Shown piece after piece: positions 14,762-28,640 of a stretch of 64,000 nt of DNA. The stretch's first letter is position 1, and every line of letters begins with the position of its first letter. The notes below the pieces were generated by a model. That model was not told where the DNA came from, ran no database searches, and was given only the letters and a program-made list of their open reading frames with translations. The position numbers and the translations under genes are program-made. Source of the stretch: Peribolospora baueri (taxonomy: Eukaryota); assembly GCA_029717555.1 (NCBI GenBank), contig JAMDHS010000006.1, positions 124,001 through 188,000 of the forward strand. Reading direction: 5' to 3'.

Positions 14762-16885
14762 GGAGGCTGAATCCACGACCTTTATGAGCGCAGTAGACCG
14801 ACAGACACGACGAAGGATAACGGAGGAATAAGCTCCAGTGTGGAGAATTTGCAATCTCCCCCCGGTGGTTCGTCGGGAGCGGGCACACAACCAGCGCTCG
14901 CCTCACGTCGCGCAAGCCGTCTCCGACCAGTCAGTCAGTCAGTCAGTCGTACCTACGCGACAGCTGTCACAGCGAGCGTCCGCACATCTCCTCTGGGAGC
15001 GCCACCACCAGCACCGGTGTCCCAGCGACGACCACCTCTCCCCAGCCCAGCCATCCTATCCATCCTCAGCTGCCAAGCACACATGGCAGGACATATATGG
15101 TAGCGAGAAAGGGGGAGGAAACCACCCTCGACTGCGAATCGCGTTTAGTCTGGCCGCAGCGACAGTTCGCCCTCGATTATGTAAACTTGGCGAGCAACGG
15201 CGGCGGCGAGGTCCGCGACTCCACGGCCACCATCACCATCTGGACTCCACGTCTCGTACTAGCTTGCTAGACGAATTCGGCACTTCCATCTTACTTACCC
15301 CCGCTTGCTCGTATTCACAGCGAGCGACGTCTGCTTTGTTTTGACTTTGGCATGTCGATAGGGCCTTTCGTCAAAGTCGTTGCTCGCGGCGATCTGCCTC
15401 CGGTCTTTGACACACTTCTTGCAGCCTGTCTCTGGTCACGCTACGCTACCACCACCGGGATACTGGAAAGGGACCCCGCTTTTCTCACTCCCTGGTGGTT
15501 TGGCTGGGGGGGCCGGGACATGAATGCAAACATCCGAGCGACCAAACCTGACCTTTTTTTTTTTTTATCCTGGGGCGGTTGGAGGCCGTAGACAAGGGGT
15601 GACCGCGCAATCCAGATAGACAACTCAGCTCTCTTTCTACTTCCGCCCTTTATGTTATGTCCCTCTCAACAGAGGCATGTCACCCCCCAGCATACCGCTT
15701 TGCTCTGCTCTGCTCTGCTTTGCTTCTGCTTGAGCGATCTTAATAAGGACGGGAACGGCCGAGTGACCCGTGGGCTTGGATGGCGTACAGACAGATGCAG
15801 TGGACGGTGATGCGACGAGAGAAGTCGAACAGGTGCCGTACCGTACATGGCCGCCTTGTCTTTCGAAGGAGAGCAATGAGAAAATCCAGAAAGCGAGAAA
15901 TGACAGGGTGACGATCTAAACGCCGTCCAACTTTCTGTCACTGATGTCAATTCGCCGGACAATGGAGAAACAATACCGTGCTATGGAGTCACCTCTCTTT
16001 TTCAACGGGCAACGCTACGCAGACGGCATGCGACCTACGGATACCCGTTCTCAAATTCTCGGAGAGCGTCGTCAAAGCGACGCGGAATGAAATGTCCGTG
16101 GTGTGTACGTTCTCGTTTTCTTCCTGGCCCAAAGCATGGCAGCTACATACAAAATAAAAGGGAAAAGGCGAAGTGACGATATACTGAGTCAGGCACAGCA
16201 GCGTTCGACGGGACCGTTGGAGGTGCGCCGGAAGGATAGAAAGCAAGACGTCAAGGTCAGCGACCAGGGCTCATGATGACCCCATCAGAAGCAAAAGGAA
16301 GAGAACAAGAACAGAACGATGCAAAAAGCACGAAAGAAGGGCTCAGAGTAGATAAGGCAATACGAAGTTGTCCTCGCTCCCCATCCCGAAGGAAGAGGTC
16401 GGATCAGGTCTGTGTATGTTTCTCATCTTTGCCGTGACAAGTGCAAAGTAGAAGAGAAGGGATGCGTTGAAGATACCGTTCGCTTACTCACCAGTATGCC
16501 AGGCCTGTCGACATCTTTGTGTGCAAGATGGAGGGAGAAAGGCGAGAAGAAGGGACGAAGGGAGGTGAGAAGAAAAAAAGTCGTCGCCGAATCGGTCCGC
16601 TTGTGCCCGCTTCCGGCCGTGATCGGGCTGCGGCGACCGTCCGGAGTAACCACTAGCCTGGTTTCCGTACCAGTGACCCGAGCCGCACTGACTTGCGGGG
16701 AGACGATATTGGAGTTGTTCTGAACTGCCCATCGCTACTCGAAAAGGACCCAACGCTTTCCTCGCCGCTCCTCGGACAACTCTCTCTGCGCGTGCTTCTA
16801 CTCGTTTCTCGATCCACTCACGTTTTCCTCTTCTGAGGCGGGTACACGCGCCTCGACGACGCGCCAGCAACCGCAAACACCCACA

Positions 16886-18038
16886 ATGCACTCTCACCAC
16901 CACCACCACCGCCCCCCTCCCTCTCCTCCCAGCTCGTCCACCGCTTCCCGCCCAGACTACACAGCGGCGAATATAGCACATTTTGCCAGTTTGGCAGCCA
17001 CGTATGACTCGCATCCGCTGAAGGTGGAGCTCGCGCGGAAGAGTGCCAAGGCTATGAGGAGGATGAGACCGTTCTTTGCCGGCCCAGAGGCGGACGGAGC
17101 GGAGGAGGAGGAGGAAAACAGTGAGCACGAAGAGAGAGCGGAAGGGGGGGAGGGGCTAGTGGTGGAGGGGGAGCAAGAGAGGGGGACTGCCGTGCTAGAT
17201 TTTGCCTGCGGGTGAGTGAGGCGCGCTCTCCCTGGCTGAACGTGCTCGTTCTTTCAGCGCCAGCATGTCTCCCAACTCTGCCTTTCTATCCGCTCTATCC
17301 CTGTAACCGCCGTACATGCTCACTGACGGATGGATTCGCACGACGTTGTCCGATCGTCATCCGTTCTGCACAGAACCGGCCTCCTTTCCCAGCACCTCGC
17401 GCCCCACGTCCGCTCTATCGTCGGCGTCGACACCTCTGCAGAAATGGTGGAAGTGTACAACGCAAAGGTGTCCAACCAGGGCATCGACCCATCGGAGATG
17501 AAGGCGGTGTGTCTCGATATCGAAAAGGAAGATCGGGACGGAAGATGGGGCTCGATTTTGGACGGCCGCAAGTTCGATGTCGTAGTGGTGAGCCTCCGCG
17601 TCCTCTCCTCAACATCGGCTTTCAAGGATGCAAACATGGCCCTTGCGACGAACATGACACTGATAATACAGTAACGCCACCCAGTGCGCCCAATCCTTTC
17701 ATCATCTCCCCTCCCCTCATGTCACAGTCCGCCTGCTTGCCCGCCTCCTCCGCCCGGGCGGCTCCATCCTGATCGTCGACATCTTCCGCGGTCCTGACGC
17801 TCATCTCTTCCATAATCACGCCGGGAAGCACGTCATATCGTACCCTGGTGGGTTCATTGAAGAGGAAATGCGCGAGATCATGCTCGGCGGGGTCAGTGGG
17901 GGCGGGGAGGAAGACGGCGTGGAGAGCCCTTCGACTGGGTTGACGAACTTCGAGTTCGACCCAAGGGCCGTCGACGTGCCCAAGGGCGATCGGACCTTCT
18001 TTCTCTTCTGCGCCAAGGCCGTCCTACCACGTACTTGA
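16886..18038 (+). CDS. Class I SAM-dependent methyltransferase (3 exons)
   Basis: Motif I VLDFACG|TGLLS, IVGVDTS, KFDVVV|CAQSFHHL, LLRPGGSILIVD; His-rich N-terminus. Confidence 0.88.
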
Positions 18039-18498
18039 ATGCTCATCCGCTCGATCCGACACACATTAAGTCTCGTTCTGCCCGAACGCGCTCGATGCGC
18101 ACGGACCACCGCGTGTCGCAGATCAGACTGAGATCGCCGCGCGATCTGCGACGTTGGTGACAAAGCCGCCCGATATGGAAGCTTTCAAGTCGGTCGACTC
18201 CTCTTGTTTGCTCCAATGAGCTCTCGGCCATCTGATTGTTCCTACATCTCGAGAGCTGGGATGAAAAATCAAGGCTTTGATTCAGGATGAGCAAGCGCGA
18301 GACAGTTCGCCCGTGAAACGAATGGCTGGCAGCGTTTCGTTTCGTCTGGCATCCTCTCCCTTCCGGTCTCGCGCACCGACGGGGGCGGTAAGGGCTGAGG
18401 CCGAGGTTGAAGCATATAAGGACGTATCCCACCCATCGCTTCTGATACCCCCAGCTGAGCTCAGGACGCCGCATTGCAGCCGAAAGCAAAACGCAAAG

Positions 18499-20721
18499 AT
18501 GACTCGTCTCTCTTTGCTCCTGCTCACCTCGCTTTTGAGCACCTCGCTCGCCGCCCCCCCTCATCTTGGCGTCCGTCAGAGTCCCCCTGCTCCTCCTCCC
18601 TCCGGCTCGTCATCGCCTTCGTCTGCTAGCAGCAGCGCCTCTGGCCCTCCGCCGCCGTCGCCTACCGGTGGCGCCGGCCCGGGGAACTTGACAAGCCAAT
18701 TTAAGACTGTAGTAGTCTTTGGCAGCGATTATGAGGACAATGTGAGTTTCGGTTATCATCTCAAGCTGATTGCCTCTAGTCGATTGCAGTAGAAGACGAG
18801 ACGAGCTCATTTTGTGTCTTCTCACAGGGAAATGGCACATTCCGCATCACCAACGGCTCATTCCCCACGGAACCGTACTATGATGGCCGCTTTACTAACG
18901 GACTCGTATGGGTGGAGGACCTGGCGAACCGCATGAGCGCTAGAGTCCTCGACTTTGCCATTGCCGGATGTGAGCTTTGGCTTTTTTGTTGTGGCACTTT
19001 CCGTCATTCTGAGGTTCTGGTACAGAGCCGCTCACCGAAACATCTCACCCCTCTTCAAATCGAAACGCTCGACAGCGACGACGAACAACTCGCTTGTCCA
19101 AGGTTTTACCGGCCCGAACTACACCATTCCTGCACCCTCGCTCCTCGACCAAGTAGCGGCCTTTATCAACCTGGTGGAGGCGGCTGCTCGTCTCTCCACG
19201 CCAGGCCCGGAGATCCCGCCGGACGGCGGTGCACCTAACGGCACTCCGCCAGAAGGTTCGCCCGACCCGTCTATGGGCGGCGACCCGTCCATGGGCAATG
19301 GCCCCATGCCGGCCTATCGCCCTCATTTCAAGTATTACAAGCGCCAGGTGGATCACTTTGCCCGCTTCAACCCGAACTTGCCTCCTGGCTATGCCAGTCG
19401 TCCCTACCTGTTCCGCCCGATCAGTTACTCTCTGCCCTTCTGGTACGGCCATGACCTCCATGGTGGCGGAAGTGGTGGTGGTGGCGGCTCGGGCCATCAT
19501 AACGGTAGCGACACCAACTCAGGCTCAGGCGGAGGAAATGGCTCCAACAATTCCGGTCCAGGTGGCGGGGGAGATGAATCCTCGTCATCTGAGCCCGCAA
19601 CGAGGGACAACACGCTCTTTGTGATCGGCGGCGTCGGCGCTACGGACGTGTTCTTCAACCAGACCGTGGACCCACGCCAGAGCGTCGACAGCGTCATCAA
19701 TGCAGCCATCGCCCTCTCACTCGTTGGAGCCAAGCACTTCCTCATTATGTCCGCGCCGGCTCTTGAGCGCGCGCCGTATGTGCTACGCAACAGCAGCATC
19801 CAGGGCCCAGTCACCGATTTCACCAAGAAGTACCAGGGGCTCCTTCAGTCTGCTCTTCAGTCCGCTGCTGCCACCGGTGGAGGTGCTACTACGCCTATGC
19901 CTCCCGGCCCTTCCAGTGGACCAGCTCCCGGCGCCGGTGGACCGCCGTCATCCGCGGCCAGCAGTCCCTTCGCTGCACGTCAGGCTCCCTCCTCTTCTGG
20001 CCCTCCGCCTCCGCCACCGAGTTCGAGCGGACCTCCTCCTCCGCCGCCGCCTTCCCCGAGCTCTTCCAGCATGGGCCATCCTAGTAGTCATTCCAGCTCC
20101 TCGTCTCACGCACCCCCTTCTGCGTCCAGCCCTGCCCCGGGTCCTGCTCCGACTGGTGGCCCTCCTCCCGCCAATGTTACTGTCCCGCTTCCTGGAGGCG
20201 CCAGTGTGACGCTCTTCGACGAGTATGGTTTCTTCCTCAACACGATCGACCACGCCCCTCAGCTCGGCTTCAACAATAGCGATGCTCCGTGCCTTGCGGG
20301 CGCGCCCGGATCAAACACCTCGGCTGCTCAGCTGTGCCCGAACCCAGACGCGTACTTCTGGTTCGATGATGTCCACCCGTCCGCGCACGTTCATCGCCTC
20401 CTAGCCGATGCTGTGTTCGACGCCCTAGGCATGTCCAACAACACCAAGAGTGTACCTCCGGGCGCGGGACCCGGCGGACTTCCTCCTGCCAACGCCACGA
20501 TGGTGACCATCGCCGTTCCCAGCAGCACATCCATCCCCACCGTCCCTCTCTCCGGGAGCCTTCCCAACGTCAGCCAGACTAATACTCCTGCGGCGGGTCC
20601 CCCTCCTAATGGCCCCTCCTCCGCTCCACCGGCCCCTTCTGGCAGCGCTCCTCCCCCTTCCCCTCCCTCACCTTCATCTGGTGGTCCCGGGAGGCCCGCT
20701 TCTAGGCGCTACTTCATTTGA
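18499..20721 (+). CDS. Secreted SGNH/GDSL hydrolase-fold protein (CE16-like) with long Pro/Ser/Gly-rich insertions
   Basis: Signal peptide MTRLSLLLLTSLLSTSLA; VVFGSDYEDN, GRFTNGLVWVEDL, DFAIAGSTT, LLDQV, GATD, CPNPDAYFWFDDVHPS. Confidence 0.85.
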
Positions 20722-21134
20722 AAACCGAAAGAACGGGGCCGACCTTGCTGCCGCAAAAAAGATAGACATTGCTCTCCTCGGAGATCGACTATGCTCCCCG
20801 AGCAAGTTCGGTTGTGCATGATGACCATGCCACCGGTTTCTCTTTTTGTTGTCAAGCGAAACGCCGTTCCCAATCTCGAGTCCGACCTTCCACTTCGGTG
20901 ATATTCGATCTGTATGAACTTAATCTTTGTGTGTGTCTTTGTCTCTCGTCTTGTCTCATGTCTTCTTGTTAGTGTCGAATTCAGAGGTAGTTTGTGAGTG
21001 AATACGAAACATACACGCCACTGTCACTTCTTCAGGTCCGTGTCCGTCCTCATCGGACGAAAGCGCCGACTAAAAATACATAACAGGAAAAGCGATTGGG
21101 CGGACGGGAGATAAACAAGCGAGCATGATGGCGA

Positions 21135-22143
21135 TCAAGAAGCAAGATCCCAGAGCTGGTTGGCGGTAAAGAAAGCCGACTCTTTCTTCGTCACATCCAC
21201 GTCCATCGAGACTTCGCGCCTGTCTGAGCCTGTGACATTGGTGAGGTTGGGGAATGCGAGAATGCAGCATGTTTGCGTCAGCAAAAGATGACGGAGGGAG
21301 AGGAGAGGACGGGACTACCCCCGTACTCACGGACAAGTATTGAATCGATAAGGGAAGAGTTCTCGTTGTACGTTGGATGGAAGCCGAGCTCACGGATGAC
21401 CTTTAGGCTCAGCCTTCGGTTAGTCGGGAAAAAAAAATAGTGGGAGAAGAGAACGAATGAAATCATGAGATAGGCTTAGAGCGCGGGAGGGAGGTGTCTG
21501 TCTGGCTCCCAATGCCCACTCACGCAACGCTATCCAAATCCACGCTCTCGTCCACTTCCTCCCTCTCCACAGTTTCGAAATCTTGCCTCGCCTTCGCTAA
21601 TGCGGCCTCGGCGGAGGCGAGACGCTGCTCAAGCTCGTTGATATTCTTTGCGAGAGAGAACTTGGTGCTGTCGAGGTTCATCATGCTCGCTTGGTGCTCT
21701 TCTGCCGACATGATGTCAGAAGGTCGGACTGCCGCTAGTTTTGCTGCCGCAAGTTGACGGGACAGGGCTGTGTGCACGAAAGAGAGAGTGATTGCGGTTA
21801 CGCGTGCGACCGACAAGGACGAGCTCTCTAGTTGGTAAGGAATTCTGGCAACCCTGGCAGACGTCCGCAGCCCGCGCTCTCCAGGGAAAACGACTCACCC
21901 TGCAGAGTCGCACGAGCGTCTTCCCGATCCCTTGCCCTCTTGTCCTCTGTCTTCTGCACAGCTTCTTGCACCTTGTACACCGTGTCCAGGTCGGCGGAGG
22001 CGTTAAGCGACGCGCTCACCTCCTTCATCATCGTTCTGGACGAGGATGGGTTCGACGCGAAGGACGGGTGGAGAGTCCGTCAAAGGACCACCTCTGGGTA
22101 AAGCAAAAAGAAAGGCGGCTCACCGCAAGTCATCGTCGCCCAT
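21135..22143 (-). CDS. SPC24: Kinetochore NDC80-complex subunit Spc24 (5 exons)
   Basis: Coiled coil with LDSTKFSLAKNINELE, then LSLKVIRELGF and C-terminal FFTANQLWDL, the typical fungal Spc24 layout. Confidence 0.78.
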
Positions 22144-22349
22144 CTTGTCCCGGAACTGATGTATCGCTGCTCTTCAGCTTTAGGTATGACGTCCAGACGT
22201 TCGTGGGCATGAAGATGCGAATGGACTGCCCACAATCCGACGCGGGCCCACGCGCTTGCCGCCTTAGCACGTGACACACGACGGCGTCCGCAGTTGCGGA
22301 GCACGGCACGTTTGTCAAAAGCCTCCGAAGAATTCTTGGACCCGTTAAC

Positions 22350-23267
22350 GTAGAATATAGACATGTTATTGTAGAATTTGGACACGTTACTGTAGAATAT
22401 AGATACGTTTCTGAGAGAGGGTAGTCGTCGGAGTTAGGCGGGGATTGGTACACAAACCCACACAACGCGAGTCACAGGACCGAGAAGACCAGCAACTGCG
22501 GCGTATTGAAATAACGAATCTGTAAATCATACTTACCCAAACATAAACCTTATTTAGCCAGACATACATCTCGTTTAACCAAACATTAATCTTGTTTAGC
22601 CAAACATACATCTTGTTTAACCAAACATAAATCCTCTTTAACTAAACATTAAACTTGTTTACCCAAACATGAACCTTGAGTTGCCGGATGTTCATCTTGC
22701 CTGTCCGAATGGTTTTCCTGCAACGCCTTCTGATTCATCTCGGACCAACAAACACACGGCCGATCTTCAGAGCCAAGCACAGCGCAGCACGATGGATATA
22801 CCGCAGAACGCAAGCGTCTTCCACATGCGGCGCACGGACGACTGGTAGTCTACATGTAGAGCAGTCGGCGTAAAACAAACAGGGTGCCACTAATCGCCTA
22901 TCGTACCATGTCGTCCTTCGAAGCGACGGTTACACCGTGTCGGATCGAAAACGTGCTTCGAGTCAGAAAAGATTGAATACGTATGGACAGCTAAAACAAA
23001 GTGGACCAGACAAAGAAACGAACAGAGAAGATAAGGGTAAGGATGGATGGAGGGATGGAGGGATGGGTGGATGGATGGATGAAGCAGACAAAAGCAAGAT
23101 GGACTATTGCGCTGTTTGACTTCTATTCTTTGCCATCAAGAATGACATTAAGGTGATATACATTTGCGCATCCTTAATTAACATTCAGGCCGTCAAAGAC
23201 TGTAGAGAGGTATCCAATATTCTATAATAAGGTGTCCATATTCTACAGTAACGTGTCTATATTCTAC
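22350..23267. mobile_element. Putative non-autonomous TIR element (~920 bp); TIRs built from 21-bp subrepeats
   Basis: 22350-22406 and 23210-23267 are imperfect reverse complements, each ~3 copies of GTAGAATATAGACACGTTACT. AT-rich interior; no clear TSD. Confidence 0.6.
22533..22679. repeat. 21-bp minisatellite, 7 copies (consensus ~TTAACCAAACATAAATCTTGT)
   Basis: Seven consecutive degenerate 21-mers read directly. Confidence 0.9.
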
Positions 23268-23496
23268 AACGTATTCGCTGTGGTTGTCTCTCGTTGAACC
23301 CCATTGGTTTACTCTACGTTTCGTGTATATATACGGGCCTCTTTCGTCCTGCTCCGAACATGGAAACCAGAGATCTCCCTCGCGTTAACACCGAGCACGT
23401 GTTGTGACCTACACAAACCCCACCTCTTCTCGGTCCTGTGACTCGCGCTGCTGAAGTCCTGCGTGGATACGATACCTTCAACCTCCATCTGCCACC

Positions 23497-24896
<1,400 letters not shown>

Positions 24897-25404
24897 GATG
24901 AAGGCCGAAGGAGGGTGGGCTGGGCCTGTGGAGCCTTCAACGCGTCTGCTTATCGGAAGACTATCGACTGGAACTAGAGGGCGCCTTCTTTTAGCTTGGA
25001 CGGATTTCTAGTGAAGGACACTTGCACATGACGGATACGTACGTAACGGAGCCGAATGTGGTAGATAGTACTTCGGCAGTAGTCGGTAAAATATCTAATA
25101 ATGTCTTCAGAGGCACCGATTTTCTATCTTATTTAATTCTATTAAAGAATTAATCCTAGGTCAAAATCCTAGGTACCCCGGCAGCGTAGCGTCCTATGGC
25201 GCAATAAAATTCTTTCACTGACTACTTGCTATGCCAACACGTTCTGGTATATCAACAAATACACCCGCTTGCCTGCTGCTTGCCTGCTTGTCCACCTAAC
25301 CGACTGAGTACGAAAGAACGCTAAGAAACGGAGGGACGGAGGGACGGAGGGATGGAAGGGAAGAATGGAGTCCGCTCACTCGGGAGAGTCCGTCTCTCCC
25401 TTTA

Positions 25405-26443
25405 TCAGACGGTCTGCCGAATCTTGCCGGTCTCCACCTCGTACACCCAGCCGGTGATGGCCTGCTTGCTGTCCTGGTGGACGAGCGCATGGGAGCGGAG
25501 ATACTCCACGTCATCGCGCACGGACTGGTCCAGGTCGGAGAAGGGCAGGAATCTGCATTGGGGGTGTGAGGTCGGATTCAATACAGAGGAGGGCGGTCGG
25601 TACGGGACGGAAGGGTAGGGACGGGTGGAGAGAAGTTGGGGTCAGAAGGGACTAGACATTGGACGTTCGTCGCACGCCGTCAGACGCGCTTCGGTCGGTT
25701 TGGCGAACTCACGCAATCTGATCGACCAGAGCTGCCGTCTCTTGGTGGCATGCGGAGCCGATTTGACCGCCTTGCGGGCGTCGTCGTCTTTAAAGGTCAG
25801 CATGCCACAATCTGGTTGGTTAGAGTGGTTGTTGCCGGATGAGCAGCGTGGTCGAGGGAGTCATATCAGGTCAGACGGGCAATGAGGCGAGAAGTAACGG
25901 GAAAGGGAAGAAGACTCGGTTAAATCTGCGATCTCGTTTCGTCTTTCACTCAACATCCCGTCGCGCTTAGAAGAATGGCATGGAAAAGCTCACCGGTGTG
26001 ATGAATCACGACGACCTCGCGCGTACCAAGGAGCGTCTGGGAGATGACGATCGAGCGGAGGGCGTCCGAGGCACGACCGCCGGCATTCCTTGGAAAAGAG
26101 ATGATCGAGGACGACCCGTCAGCGCACTTGTCCATCGCGCGAGCATGCTCGGTTTGACCCTCGCTCACCTGATGACATGGGCATCGCCCTCCAAGATTCC
26201 GAGCGCCTTCTCCGGATGGAGCCTTGCATCCATGCAAGTCTAGGGCCCGAGCGCAGAAATCGCCATACTCTTGAGCCAGATGCCTTGAATGGCAAGGCGA
26301 TAAATTGGGTAACAGGTCAGACTCTCTCTCGCACTCACCACCACAGCCACCTTTTTGCTAGGCGGAAGAGCGAGGCCGCCCTTGTCGCCGAAGGACGCAG
26401 CGTAAGCTTGATTGGCTTTGGCGAATGACTGGGCAACGGACAT
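25405..26443 (-). CDS. Beta-class carbonic anhydrase (short, clade D-like; 5 exons)
   Basis: TCMDARL, IRNAGGRA, IHHT|DCGM (Zn ligands C,H,C), [11 protein letters not shown]. Confidence 0.92.
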
Positions 26444-27153
26444 GATCGTGGCTAGCAGGGAGCAAGAAAGAGCTTAGATGTGGGAAGATTAAGAAAAGAG
26501 GGTGAGTTGTGGCCGAGGGAGACGCCAATTTATACAGCTTTCCTTCCCCACCTCATCTTCCCTGGCCGAGGGAGCTCGCCATCGCATAGAATCATGAGCG
26601 TCTCGGCTTAACGTCGCCTTTTGCACGCCATCGCGAGACATCGGACGTGACGCTCGTGCCAGGAGAGAGGTTTGAGCTTGGATTTGTACAGAGTCGCAGT
26701 TCGTTAAGTATGGGAAACGCTGGTTTGCCCACGAGTGTGACCGAGCACGACATTCCACATCCCGATGGCGACCGACAGAATCGGCAGTGATAGCACGACG
26801 TGGTGTTGCACATGACCACTACCATGTGGGATTCCATTCCACTGGTCCGGTCATCTCCGCTTGTGTCCGCCCCCGTCCCTAGAATGACGCTAGAGCATTC
26901 ATCACTCCGTTAGCTCCCGACCCCTTGCGCGCATTCGAGGGCTGAGCCCCTCACGAGTATATAAGTAACGCTCCGCGAGCGCCCCCTATGTAGCAACCTA
27001 AGTGATCTTCCTCACGTAAGCGTCCGGGACATACGTGAGCTCTCATCTTTCGAAAGACGAGTTTTTTTTTATTTAGCAGACATCAAGATCGGCCGATAGC
27101 CGACAGTACAGCACGCCTCCGACCGGGTCGAGCAGGCGTACGACAACCACGAA

Positions 27154-27735
27154 ATGAACCACAGCAACAACGAGACTGACTCGATGGAGGGTCAGAGCCC
27201 GCGGCTTGCGAACACGATGGAGGGTCAGATCCCTCAGGCAGCAACGGCTCCCGTTCCGGAGCAAGCCGCGTCTCCGGAGACCACCGACGATCGTTGGGAG
27301 CTGGCCCAGATGAACGCTTTTATGTCGACGATAACGCAACAACAGCAACAGGCGCAACAGGAGCAGCGGCAGTTTCTGTTGATCAGCCAGGCCACGATCG
27401 CCTCGCTCACCACGGCTGTGGGCAACAGGGGGCAGGAGCGCGAGAAGCCTCCCCTACGACGCTCATTCGGCCACATCCAGATCGAGCCCTTCGGTGGCTC
27501 GAAGAAGGAGGACGTGAACAGCTGGCTCGAATGTCTCGAGGACGCCCTTGCCGCCTCTGGCCTGTACAAATCGGCCTGGGTCCTGACGGCTATGGAGCGC
27601 CTCACAGGGGAGGCCCGTCAGGGGTACCTGACGATAAAGAGGGAGCTGGGGAGGGCGCTGGACTGGACGGAGTTCAAGTCCAAGATGGTGGCTAGGTTTA
27701 ACACGCCGTTCCGCCAGAATCAGATTCAGGCTTGA
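27154..27735 (+). pseudogene. Truncated retrotransposon Gag (capsid-like)
   Basis: FGGSKKEDVNSWLECLE...LTGEARQGY...WTEFKSKMVARF is a typical Ty3/gypsy Gag signature; it stops at an inversion junction. Confidence 0.8.
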
Positions 27736-28209
27736 AGGGAACGTCTAGGACGTCCCGCTGGATCTGATTTTGGCGGAAGGGCGTATTGAACCTTGCCACC
27801 ATCTTGGACGTGAACTCCGTCCAGTCCGGCGCCCTCTTCAGCTCCCTCTTTATCGTCAGGTACCCCGGGCGGGCCTCTAGACGACGGGAACAGAACAACA
27901 TGACGGCATGGCACGGTTGACCGCACGTACCATGTGATCTCCTATCTGAAACGAGGTTGAAAATGATGTTGGCCTTGTCGTCTTCCGACTTGAGCACGAA
28001 TTCGCTGCAGGCCTCCAGCATGGCGTCCCGAGACGATTCGGGGAACTGGTAAAACAGGCCGGTTTTAATAAAAAAAGAGCGGGGAGTCGGAAAGCACGCG
28101 AGGAAGGGCGGGTGAGGTAAAGAAGGAAAAGTGCAAGCAGGCAGGAGCTGGCTCGTTCTACACCATGAGAGCGCCGCACCAAATGGGCCCTATCGGATGC
28201 ACTCTGACC

Positions 28210-28640
28210 TCAAACTCGGTCACGATTGCGAGGGGCAAGCCTCCGCGTGAGGCGCTCCATCGCCGTCAGGACCCAGGCCGATTTGTAACCATCCTGTCCT
28301 TTCCCACTCAACGCCGTCACTGCGGAGGCGAATGAGGCCTGAGTGTCCCGCAGGAACTGTCGCTGTTCTTGGAGAACCTGCTGCTGTTGCAGTATGACGG
28401 TCTCCATGAGGGCGGTCATCTGGGCCATCATCGTGCCCATACGCGCCTCCCAACGTTGGTCGGCCAGTTGGTAGAACGCTCATGGCAGCTTGTCCCGGTG
28501 CGTGAGCGGAGCCGTCCGGGTCGTGCGCGCGGCCCGCTCCTCTCCGGGGCGCCGAGGGGTCTGACCCTCCATCGGGTCGGTCTCGTTGTTTCGTAGCCTC
28601 CTCGATCGGGTCGGAGGTGTGTCGTTTCGTTGCGCCAAGA
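28210..28640 (-). pseudogene. Second, inverted and internally deleted Gag fragment of the same family
   Basis: QQQQVLQEQRQFL and YKSAWVLTAMERLT match the + strand Gag. Confidence 0.75.

Noticed and set aside
13300..15700. Many ORF-track ORFs of 100-280 aa in the intergenic gap
   Set aside because: Arg/Ser/Pro-rich translations of GC-rich simple repeats with no motifs; likely spurious.
16270..16292. ATGATGA box C-like motif (snoRNA)
   Set aside because: No suitably placed box D (CTGA) or terminal stem downstream.
22533..22679. Regularly spaced repeats resembling a CRISPR array
   Set aside because: Contiguous 21-bp tandem units with no unique spacers, in a eukaryotic context with no cas genes.
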